Below are positions 11,388 to 22,500 of a DNA stretch of 25,000 nucleotides, one piece after another (the first letter of the stretch is position 1; every line of letters starts with the position of its first letter). A model generated the notes under the pieces. It searched no databases and was not told the origin of the DNA. It saw only the letters and a list, made by a program, of their open reading frames with translations. Origin of the DNA: Takakia lepidozioides (taxonomy: Eukaryota; Plantae; Bryophyta). The stretch lies in the NCBI GenBank assembly GCA_030704615.1, contig JAKLZA010000101.1, positions 1 through 25,000 on the forward strand, in the 5' to 3' direction. Both the position numbers and the translations under genes were made by a program.

Positions 11388-11703
11388 AGCTAACTTGCAG
11401 AATTCAACATGGAAATTTAGGGCCAATTCTGATAAGAGGGAAAAACAGGGTGAAATGTGTTGAAGAAGGTGCCTTCAGAGTCAGTGCCTGATTTTATCAA
11501 TTGTGCCGCTGCTGCTGCAGCTTCCAGTGGACCATCTACCCATGCACCACAAATCCACCCAAAGAGCTAACTTACACAATCAATATGCAAATTCAGGGAT
11601 AAGTCTAATGAGAGGGCAAAACAGGCTGAAATAGGTCGAAGAAGAAGGTGCCCTCACCATCTCCTTGCACAAGTTACCTAGTCCATTGCTCCTCAGTGGA
11701 CCA
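11388..11703. repeat. Diverged tandem duplication, period ~177 bp
   Basis: AGCTAACTT at 11388 and 11565. AGAGGG(A/C)AAAACAGG(G/C)TGAAAT...GAAGAAGGTGCC and CAGTGGACCA are each present in both copies. Confidence 0.75.
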
Positions 11704-11924
11704 AATTACTTTCGGCAAAAATCTGGCTGCTCTCCCAGATTGAAGCTGCCTAGAAAATGGGAGTGCTTAAAGACTACAAATGTGACTGTGACAGCCACAC
11801 ACAATTGCCACCTCCTATGAAGTGAAACAACCAATGTGATCCAACAATTGAAAGGAAACCAAAGTTCAAGTGAGCCTACTGCTCAATACACACACCATTG
11901 AGGGGACAATGGGACAGTAGAAAG

Positions 11925-12008
11925 ACGATCATGAAGGATTGAACCCAGGATCACCCTGGTTATGCACAGGCAATCCACAAATTCCCACCAACTGGGCTGT
12001 CTACTCAA
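11925..12008 (-). mobile_element. tRNA-derived SINE-like head (Pol III A and B boxes), degenerate
   Basis: Minus strand CAGCCCAGTTGG (A-box-like, 11999-11988) and GGTTCAATCC (B-box, 11945-11936) at tRNA-like spacing. No complete cloverleaf, tail or TSD seen. Confidence 0.4.
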
Positions 12009-12598
12009 GTGCGAAAGAGGGGTACTGCTACCCCGTCCAATTTCAGTGCTCCTAGGCACTCACTCTATTCCGTAATCCTCACAAGCATATCTACAGTAAC
12101 CTTTGACAAGTTTCACAATGCAGAGTCTTGTGACTAGACTGCATGCCTGCAAATTCACATATGTGGGCACACCCCCACAAAACTGAGAGAGATGCTCAGG
12201 CAGGCAAAGAGCAGGCTTCGTAATCAGAAACCTCTTTATCCAATCATGGTGCAGCTAGAACAATAAATAATCTTGGCCTCCCAAACTGTTATACATGCAG
12301 TCATCAACAGGCATGCATTGCCATTGTTCAGAGATGAACAAAGTCTGGCCTATCCAAAGATACTTGGCGCATGTCAAACACCAAGCCCTTCCACTCATAT
12401 CAACAGTTCAAACCAGCTTCCAACTTCCTCAAGACATCCCCTCTGCTTACTCATGTGGGCAGACCCACAACTTTAAATTAACATTTCCAAACTTGCCAAT
12501 TGCAAGGCAAAATGCAGCAGGTCTGTGTGCAGATGTGGTTTGAGCACTGACCTCAAGCCATTTGCAAACCACCCCTTATTATAGACACAAAAACCTAC

Positions 12599-12686
12599 CT
12601 TGGCAACTGCCTTCGGAGGATAGTCACCATTCAGCTTGGGGATCAATGCATTGCTTTACTTTGTCCTCGCTCAACCTTGGTGTTGC
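12599..12686 (-). pseudogene. PTI1: Orphan exon of a PTI1-like (Pto-interacting) receptor-like cytoplasmic kinase, +1 frameshift
   Basis: Acceptor TTACTTTTCAG and donor AAG|GTAGGT flank an 88-nt exon. It reads ATPRLSEDKVKQCIDP and, after one extra C, KLNGDYPPKAVAK, the highly conserved C-lobe segment of PTI1 kinases. Neighbouring kinase exons were not found in the window. Confidence 0.85.
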
Positions 12687-14142
12687 CTGAAAAGTAATAA
12701 ATACAGAAAGTTAGACAACCACCAGCCTTTGATGTTCGCCTTATTCTACACAAGGTTGCAATGCTCCATGGATATGGCGAAAAGGTGTACGATGGCGGAA
12801 ACAAGAAGATCAAGATGCATTGCGGGCAGTTCCAAAAACGTTGCGCAGCGATTTCTATTGGCCTATTTCGCGCGGGTCGTCCGGGCAAGTTCCAAAGAAA
12901 TTGACGACGACGATGACCTGGCTACGATGATGTGGCACTATGGCACCCTATTCCTGCTCTACGCTAAACTAGCTTCCGACCTTCGATCGTCGCTAGAATC
13001 ATGATCACTTCCGGAATTGCAGAAATTCCAAAAAAGCCATTCGGACCCTTCTTCGAGAAAAAATTAAATAGTCCAGCAGGGTCCTGACTCCTGACGACTA
13101 GTATAGGCAAGTACGGTAGTTCTATGTGGTGATGTGGGCACTTGTGGTCTACAATATCTCGCAGTGGGGAGGAAGTATGCAAACCATTGGGCACAAGCAG
13201 CTTCCGTTTCACTTGCAGCACTTCAATCTTGATTATGCTAGAAAAAAAAATTCCCAACAACCCAACTAACTCACCAAGAGGTTGCATTGCAGATATCTTG
13301 GGGGATTGTCCTGTGCGGAAGGATTGAATTGCCAAAATGCTTGTGGTTCCCACACTTCCCTTCTCAGCATGTTACATATTCGATTGGCATGGATTAGAAA
13401 ATATCTCCGGGCCGCACCATACCCCCACACACCCACTGAAAGAGACAGACACTGTCTTTCTAGCCCACTTGGACCCCACTTTGAGGACCCACAGAGATCA
13501 GAAGAATTTGGGAGGGGCATCCTCGGTTTTCAAATACTTACCCACACATCCTTGGTTTCCACATCTCCACTTGTCCACTTGTTCACTCTCCACTTGTCGC
13601 TATGGACAATGAATGGAGTTTGTGTGAAGAATCTGTGTAGCTGAAAAAGGTTTCACAGATTTTTTTGACGTGAACTAAACCAGTTGGAGTGTGGTGTGGC
13701 AATGACGTCATGAAATGGACATGTTTGAGATCCGCCAGGGCAATCATCATCGGTGTGAACTGTGTGATAATCATGAGCATTTTTAGACCGAGTGATTGAA
13801 ACCCACAACTCAACTTTTTCGAGATTTGAGGAACATGGTGCCGAGGGTGTGTACCGTCTGTTGATCTGATTGGGAAGAAGCAAGAAACATGGTCGGTGTC
13901 TTATTAATGAAACATCGCTCGGGTAATCTTCTGGCTCATCTCGCATTCAGGGTGCCAGGGCCACATCTGAAGCATAGAACATGGCACAATCAAGGCCACA
14001 TCGCCGTGGAGGGTTGGGTCAACGCCTGCAGGCATATGTTGCAGCAAGACTGCAATGCAGATACCGAGCTCAGACATGCATGCATGCTGCTGCTGCAGCA
14101 CACAGCCATGAAGGTTGCATGAGAACCACATCACGTCCAATT

Positions 14143-14189
14143 TGCACAGAAGTGGAGCTGCTGCACAGAAGTGGAGCTGCTGCACAGAA
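14143..14189. repeat. 19-bp tandem repeat, ~2.5 copies
   Basis: TGCACAGAAGTGGAGCTGC x2 followed by TGCACAGAA. Confidence 0.9.
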
Positions 14190-15382
14190 ATCAGTGCAGC
14201 TGTGAGAGCAGTCGCCTGCAAGCAGTCTCGGTAGAGGTCGATGTGGAGTCTTTGTTTCCTCTCTCTTGGTTTTTTCCATCTTGTCCCATAAGCTCTTTGA
14301 GCTTTCCGCGGACGTTATAAAGTACCATTTCATTTCATTTCCAACTGTGCGCCAAGCTTGCAAAAGGCTGTTTTTAGAACCGGCCACCGCCAACGATCGA
14401 TGGGCCCCACAACGTGGGCCCCTGCACATCAAACATGCTGCTGCCAGGGCCATGGAGTAAAGTTAATCTACAGACATGCTCATGCAGCACGGAGGAGAAG
14501 TCGAACTTCAAAGCTCCGCTCGGCCATCAGCCAGCTTTGTTGTTGAAAAACCTATCGACCTATCGACCTACTTGGGTATTCGCTTCAGGTGGGCCCTGAG
14601 CCCGTAGCTTCGTCACACGGATGCTACTGCACAGAGCCATTGATCAAAAGACATGCTCCTCCTGCAACACGGTGCAGCAGGTCAAAGCTGCACCCAACCA
14701 AGGTACCGTGGAGCAATGATCCAGCAGCTTTTATGAGTTGGGTTTGCAGGCCAGCCCACCGAGATCGTGCCAAATCTTGAGTCACTTGCAGACCTGCCAG
14801 AGAACGCACAAGCTTATAAAGTTATACGCTCCCCAAATTCCGGTGGAGCAAAAAACTGTGCCATACCTGCACGTGCTGGCCAAAGCTCGAGATATGTTGT
14901 AGAAGAACAAGTGATATCCCCACCGAGACATGGATACCAAACCCGCGTGCATGTTCTGGCACTGCAACGCCACGCCACAACTCAACCCCAAAGTATCTCC
15001 ACGCACACATGTTGTCCTTGTTATGAAGCCAGCCACCCATCTCTCACCCACATTTAAGTTATCATCTCTCATGGATACACACCGCATGAGCTGGAGCCTG
15101 GCTCCGTCCGGGCAACCTGTGGCCGCATGGATCCTTGAACCGAGTTTGCAAACTTGATGAGATGAGAAGAAGATGAAGATGATGTGGGTTTTTTTAGGAA
15201 GACAGATCCACAAATCAAAGAAATGGGATATTATTCTTGGGATTTGATTTTTCAATCAAATCATCTCCAATAATAGAGACCCATCAGTGGGGTACAATGA
15301 GCCCACCTAAGCAGATGATCTGGAGATCAAATCCTGAAGACCACATTGCACCTTTTGGGTGAGACTCTGCGTTGACTAGGGT

Positions 15383-15389
15383 TATATAA
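15383..15389 (+). promoter_or_regulatory. Candidate TATA box of the AHP gene
   Basis: TATATAA inside the palindrome GTTATATAAC, followed by a pyrimidine-rich leader and a likely leader intron 15549-15699 (CAG|GTTTAG ... TTTTCTTGTTAG). Confidence 0.45.
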
Positions 15390-15820
15390 CAGTGCAGGCA
15401 TGGCAGGTGCCTGCGATGCAGGCAAGCACGGGCTCTTGTTGGCATTCGCATTGCCTCGCTGGTCATCTCTTCTTCTGTTCCTTGTATTCACCCACCACTT
15501 GTCGCTTCACTACAGAACTTGCCCTCAAGATCTCCTTTGCTTATCCAGGTTTAGCAACCAGACGCCTGTATTGGTGATCCTGTAGTGCTGCGGTGTTGGG
15601 TTTTTATGCGGGCTAGTAGTTTGCAGTCAATTGTGATACCGTTATCCCGATCCTAGAAATCCTAGCCCGATCTCGCTCTCTTCCCTATTTTCTTGTTAGG
15701 ATTTCTTCGGTGGGCAGGCTGGCGGGGGGTGAGTGCGACGAAGGACCATGCCCTGGCCGCCGTGACAAATTGTCCGACAAGGTGGCTCCTGAGGAGGAAG
15801 AGGTGGCAGGAGACCAAGGA

Positions 15821-18491
15821 ATGGATGTCGAAAAGCTGCTGAAGCAGCTTGCGGATCTTACGGACAGTATGTTTAAGGAGGTGGGGATTCCTTGTGACTT
15901 TTAATGTTTGGGATATTTCAGGGGACATCCTGTTGAAAGAACCAGCCGTTGAATTCTTCTTCCTTGCACGGATCACGGGAACAACGATTAATCTCGAGAA
16001 GTTTGCGAGGGAAAAATATCAAATTTTGCTTCTTAGTCTGCAGATGTAGGATGCTGTAAAGGTATGGATGTCGATTTTTGTTTCTATAGTGACCCAACAA
16101 GATTTGGGTTGCATTGGCTTTTGGGAGAAAACCCTCTGTTCATTACAAAGCAATCTCACGATCCTTAGCAGATATAGGCAGCACCTGATGGGAATGCGGC
16201 CGGGTGGCAGGGACTGTTAGATGAACAGTTCAGCCAGCTGCAGCAATTGCAGGATGAAAGTACTCCCGACTTCGTGGGGGAGGTAGTCGGTTTGTTTTTC
16301 GAAGATTCTGAAAGGATTTTGGAGGCGCTGACTGAATCCCTGTATGTTATTTCCGACCCACATCCTTCGTCTGTTCTGCATGGGGAATGAAGGTGATCTT
16401 TGCGGGTATGTGATATCGTCACATTATGGACACGATGTGTTTGCGATCCATTCAGATTGCCCTTTGAAAGTAGTTCTCTTAGTGGATCTAGAGTGTGGAA
16501 GCTAGGGCTGTATGGGTCTGCCGGATGGCAGCCTTTTACTTGCAGCATTTTCCTCAGCCAGGTTGTCTGCTGGAGTGGATTTTGGTCATTAACTAGACAT
16601 CCTCCTGGCAAGCCAGGGAGCAGGACCCCATTGATTACAAGGCTGTGGACGGCCACGTACACCAATTCAAAGGCAGCAGCTCCAGGTTATTTCCTGCCCT
16701 CACGTGCATGCACACCAAGCAGCCACAGGTGAACAGTTGGTCCCTGTGAGCCAGAGGTGTGAACAGCTGACTAGAAAGTGCAATACCTTTAGTTACAGAA
16801 ATGCACTTGCTTATTTTCTCTGTTTGTTCCTACCACTCAGCTATTATTTCTTTGCAGGGTTGCGGATTTGATACTCAACTCTAAAAGTCAAAAGCCAAGT
16901 GTAGCTCGGGTTCTTGTTAGGGTTATGTGTCTCTCTGTCCTATTTCTGCAATTGCTTGTAAGCATACTACACATGGAGTGATGCGGCTTTATATGTCCTT
17001 CATTGTCATTGTCACTGTCTTCTTATTTTACTTCCATAGTTGGAATCAGAACTCCTTTCTTTGCTTGAGTTAGTCTAGCATTGGCAGTATGTCAGGCCAT
17101 TGACTAGGGCAGGACATGACATGATTGGGATGCCAGTATCGGTGCACAACAAGTTAAGAACGTGTGCATCAATTTCCGTACATGTTGCGAGCAGGAAAAC
17201 AGGGAGGGGTGAGTGATTCTATCATCCCATCATAGGTTGTTTATTTGGGCATATTCTATTCAACTCATGCTTGGGTACTACCAACTGTTAGGTTTTGTGG
17301 GTTTTTCTGCCATTGTAAAGCCTAACTAATCAGGCCGGGGGTGTCTGGTCTACCTGTCAGAGTCAGCCTCATTTTAGTGTGAGGGGATACAGTTAATAAC
17401 CTATATGATTAGGTCTTACTCAGCCGTTCAGCTGAGTGGGCAGATAGCTTGAGCTTGTATAGAAATTGGGTGAGAAAATTTCAGCTTGACTCCATCGGAT
17501 ATCAGCAAGTTGGTGTTCATTTCTGCAGATGGTAGAATTGACCCAAATAGAGTGGGAGGCGATTGCTATGCTGATCATTCCTGCTGTATGCATTGATAGG
17601 TGCCAGAAGGCTTTACAGCAGGTGAAGCAAGAGTTTCTGCTTGTCAAGGGCAAGCTCGAATCCATGCTTCAGGTATCAGTGCTTGCAGTACTCCTTGCCT
17701 CACTTACCCCTCTTTCTCTTGATCCATTGTGGGAATGTCTTCCGGTATACTTCACCAAAGCTGTGGCAATGTAGGTTTTATACAGGAGAAGACTGGCAAG
17801 GTTGTGTGTAGAGAACATGGGTTGAGGCCTAAATTTTCAATGCAAATCCTGCCTGTTTTGTCTATACAACAAGCTCTGTTTTCTTCTCCCACAACCAGGG
17901 GTATGTAGGGTTAGCAACCTTGGGCTCTGGATACCCAGTCCAGTCTCTCTTTTCTTCCTGGGCACCTGATTCTTCTCAGTGGTAGCTATTTTAGTGCAAG
18001 GACTTTCTGTGCATGGCTTCCGCTGATAGAATGGGGGACAACATCATGAGCAATGTCTCTGCTGCCAACCAAACAATTTAAGGTTTTTCATGTATGGACC
18101 AAAGTCACTGTTACTTCTCTTATCTATGCTGTGTGGATTCTAGTTGTTTGTCTTCGTTGATCCGAATATGTCAGGCATGAACCATTTGTCTGATTGACCG
18201 TTTGACCATTTGTTGTGTATCTTGAAACATTTTGTGGTAAATGATCATTTGACCGAGTCTCTTATCTCTTTTCTGTTAAAAGTTGGAAGTGGAGGCACTT
18301 CCAGTACAGGAGGTAATGAGAATGAGTTGGGTTCTGCCATAGGGGTCCCTTGAATTCAATAACCAAAACTTCACGCTCGAAAGCTGACTGGTGATTAGTG
18401 AATACCCTTCTTAACATGTATGTAATGTCTGCAGCTGGAGCAACAAATTGTGGCTGCAGGAGGCTCTCTTCCATTCATGGAGGCACAATAG
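15821..18491 (+). CDS. AHP: Histidine-containing phosphotransfer protein (HPt/AHP, cytokinin two-component phosphorelay), 153 aa; exons 15821-15880, 16211-16341, 16617-16685, 17137-17208, 17600-17672, 18435-18491
   Basis: Spliced product MDVEKLLKQLADLTDSMFKEGLLDEQFSQLQQLQDESTPDFVGEVVGLFFEDSERILEALTESLEQDPIDYKAVDGHVHQFKGSSSSIGAQQVKNVCINFRTCCEQENREGCQKALQQVKQEFLLVKGKLESMLQLEQQIVAAGGSLPFMEAQ*. The phospho-His motif HQFKGSSSSIG is intact. Exon sizes 60/131/69/72/73/57 sum to 462 nt and all introns are GT-AG. Confidence 0.95.
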
Positions 18492-19599
18492 AAGCCGTTC
18501 TCTATATCCATTTAGGGCAGTTTCATATCTGTTTGTACAGCCAAGGGCACAAAGCAGTTATTGCATGGACACTACCCCTCCGGTTTGCGCTGCATACTGT
18601 GACTTTACTATCAGAAGGTGTAGTCGGGGAAGGTGCAGAGTTCATGGTTGAATCTATTGCTAATGACGGTGTACCCCGAGGAGCACAGGAGTCTTCTGCT
18701 CTCAGTTGATTTGACGTATTTGGATCTACTTCTCTTCAACATTCTCTGGATAGGACCGCATGCTGGCCATGCATTGAACATACCCTGTTTGCATTAATGT
18801 TGCATCATGATAGATGAGTTACATCCATGTCTGTCCTAGTTTCCTTATTAAGGAGAGGGTTATCCTCAAAGAGTGAGAGGGAGGACTGAAGTTCACTATC
18901 TTGTGAGTTGTCACTTTTCTGAAACTCAATCATTGACTCATCCTCTACTATTTCTGCATCTATGTGCATTCAGCAAGTGGATAGATCGTACCTGTCAATT
19001 AGTGACCACTACTGTTGGAATATGTTTGTCATGCTCGGTTTCACAAGCACTGCTTTGTGGTGGATGTAAGTACTACCATGCATGTTTTGTCCTCAAATTT
19101 TAAAGTCACATTTTGACCGGTATTTGAATATATGATTTGCACTAGGACATGCTTATATTCATGCTGGCCTTTCATCTATGAGTTTTGGAAGGCACTATAC
19201 GAATGGTTACATATATGATGTAACATGTAACCCTTAGTGATAATGAATGTGAACAGCTCCTGCCTATTTCAAAGCTTCTAAAACATCATATGGATACCTC
19301 TTTCAAAGCCCGCTACCATCTCACGGTCAGTTGAGTGGAGAGATGTATATTTCAGGCCACTTCAGGCCGGGGTCGATTGATGATGCATACTGTCAAGCAC
19401 ACACTGTAAGTGTCAACTCGGTAGCTTACACTCCATGACAAATTCAGCATCATGGACACACCCTGCTCTCTGTAGTCTCAGTGAGAACTAAAAAACAACC
19501 CCACTCCAATTGACCATCACCCCTGGGGGTTTATGTTGCTGTTTCCATTTTCTCTCTTGCGGATGGCCTTCAGCCTCTCCTTGCCTCTTCATTCTTCCT

Positions 19600-22500
19600 T
19601 TCTTCTTCTTCTCTAGGTAGGTAGCTTTGTTGTTGCTTGCTTAGTTCGGTTGGTTTCTGGTTGATGATATGACTTTTGCCATTGATGGCAGCCCTGGGAG
19701 GTTCCCCATATTGTTTCACCTTATGGCTTGTTCAAGGTTATTTCCTCGTTTCTATTTTAATTTGAGTAACAGGGCCTCTCTCCCCTTTCTTCGAAACCCC
19801 ACCACAAAGTTCTTCCTACCACTGCCCTCTCTCTGGCGAAGGCCAACCCATTGCCAACCCCTGGTTCTTTAGGCCAGGTCCAGGATGCTGCTGTCAAACA
19901 AATTTCAACCTCTCCACCAGCAAAGAGGAAGAGGGAGATTCTTGACCCCATGACCTCGAAGCAACCACGGCTACCACATCAAAAATCTAGAAAGAGAAGG
20001 GATCATTCATCAAGGAATTTGCTGCGGCAATCATCCAAGGCTCTTCTTCGGCTTCCATTCTCAAGACACGCCCCATACCTCCACATCCCTCGGGTCCTGC
20101 CCTCTTTCCAATCCCCCGGATAATTAGTTGGGAGGTGGAGCAGGAAAGGAACAAGGGAAAAGTCTGCCCCAACATCCTAAAGAGACCCCCAATGCAGCAA
20201 AGCTCCCATTCCAACCCCGCGCCCATCCCCCATTGCGCACAACCAGGTTATTGCCAAGATCTGTGCAAAACTCTGCTCGCTCCCTTCGTTGTATCTCAAA
20301 GGCTGCTCACAATTAATCTCCAATTGCGACCCAGTGGCTACTTGCCTCACCCCTATGATCTTCCGTAGGAAACCCAATCCTGCCTTCCATGTTACTGCCC
20401 GCAACAAAATGAGGTTGGACTCTATCTAGATCTATGTACATGACATCCAATCATTCGTGACCAAAACACCTATGGACAGCAGCCCCATCCCCATACTGTG
20501 CACCAAATTGCAGGCCTATCTTCTCTCCAACCTCCCCCCTTACTCTCTTCTCTCTCCCTCTGCAGTTACTTGGGGAGCCTATGTGGAGGCTTTCCCTGGC
20601 CTACGCCAAGATCTCTCTCCCAACACCAACATCTTGGCTCTCATTGATGAAGAATCGCTTCTCAACAATGGCACCTTGCTTCCAAGTGTTTGGGTGGAGC
20701 TAGACCACTTTGAAAACCCATGTTCTCCAAGCCAGGGCCTAACTAAAACTAGAGACACTCTCAGCAATGCTTTTACGATTCTCCATGCAATTCTGACAAT
20801 GGAGGTGGACGACCAAAATGAAGAAGTTGAGAGACAGCGGATGGTGGACTGCATCAACCTAACCTACGCCCCCTTCGGCTCCTTCTCCACATCCAGCTCT
20901 TCAGACTAGCAAGTCTCGCAATTCCTCACTCAGCAATCGCCAAGATCTTCCCAGCAGCCCCTCGAATCGGCAAGACCTCATTCCTCAACTCAATCGCTGC
21001 TGCCCTCCCCGACGCCTGTACCTGCCCCTTCACCCCCCATTCCTGTACCCCCCCCCGCGCTCTCTCTTTCCATTCCTCTCCTCATTTTCTCGGACATCCC
21101 TGCTTCTAACAATATGTGCAGGTTCTGTGTATGCAAAATGACACCTCTTCCCTCCCCGCCAAGGGGAAGAATTGGAAGATTCTCCCATCTATCTGCTACC
21201 CCCCTTCCCAAGCTGGTCTTTCCTCCATCCTTGGCTCCGATAACATTCCCCTCACCACCCCTGTTTCATTCCAATCCCTTCTTCAAAACTCTAACAGATT
21301 CATCCTTCTTGACATCTCTGGAAACCCACTCCATGGCATGCCAAGTCCACTAGTCCTCTTGATTCATCTTGAGGATCCCATCCAGACTGCCCCCCCAAAA
21401 TCTCTTCTGGTCCCACTCCCTCAACCCATCTGACAGGGCGTACCCGTTTTCGCTTCTATTTATCCAGGTAATCAAATGAGTCTTATCCCCTCAGCCTGTC
21501 CCCTGCCCTCGATGCAGGTTAGCTTGTCCTCTTGGAATATTAGGGGCCAGGGTTCAGACCAAATGGCCCTTAAAAAAGTCAAGATATCTGCTTGACTTAA
21601 ACCCCTTTATCCCCTCATTAGCTATAGTCTTCATTCAAGAACACAAGCTTTGCGATAGGAAAATTCTCCGGCTTACGAACCAATTGTGGCCTACTTCGTG
21701 GGCTCTGTGGAAGCCATCTTATGAGGGAACAAAGGGAGGGACCGCCATCCTCCTCTCCCCCACCCTCTTTCAATGTCTCGTCAAGGATGAAGTTTGGGAA
21801 CCTGGGAGAGCTCAATTCTGCTTCCTCCGTTTCCCTGATGACAACGACCCCATAGGTTTCTTGAACATTTAACGCTCCTAATGACTCCCTCGAAAGATCG
21901 GCCCTCTGGGATAAAATCTCTCTTGTCATGTCACAGCAAACTGAAATAAGTAGATGGGTTATTTGCTGGGGATTTTAACATGGTGGAGAACGAATGCGAC
22001 AGACTGGGTAGAGGTTCTTATCACCTCGGTTCTGAAGAGGAGTTTTCTTGGAAAAGTTTTACCCAGTCCCACAGCCTTGCAAAATTTGAGAGGCCTTTGG
22101 ACGCCCAGTCTCACTCCAACCCGTTCTTTATCTAGACCAACAACAGGAATATTAATGACCTATGCATGGCTTGTCTTGATAGATTCTACTCATCTCTCTC
22201 TCTCTTTCCCCCTCGACCTGCCTATGCCCTCGGGAACAAATCCCTCAAGGGTTCGATCATGCCCTGGTCTTTGCAACCCTCAGGCTGCCCAACTCTTACC
22301 CTAGAGGAAAAGGATGCTACAGACTTAACTCTTCCCAAGTTCTCCAACAAGCTTCCTTCACTGATGCCCTTAAAAAGGCCTGGATGTCCACGGCTACTCT
22401 TGCCTCTTGCCTAACCCTTAAGTTCCAAGCCAAGCTAGCAGCAACAAGCAAACTAGTCAAGATCTCAGTCGGGAGATTGCGGAAACCCAGAAAAATAAGG

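Noticed and set aside
13275-13320. Minus-strand RTIPQDICNATS resembling a plant LRR
   Set aside because: Only one partial repeat, needing a frameshift to continue; too short to support.
13649-13803. Possible MITE bounded by GGTTTCA...TGAAACC
   Set aside because: The inverted match is only 7 bp and there is no target-site duplication.
14143-14189. Direct repeats as a CRISPR array
   Set aside because: Head-to-tail copies with no spacers, in a eukaryotic context.
13990-14190. Ankyrin-like words (HIAVEGWVNACRHMLQQDCNAD; EVELLHRSGA)
   Set aside because: No TPLH core, pieces lie in different frames, and the second is generated by the 19-bp tandem repeat.
16165-16732. 166-aa minus and 110-aa plus ORFs over the AHP gene
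   Set aside because: Antisense or off-frame shadows of AHP exons 2-3 and intron 2; no independent coding signal.
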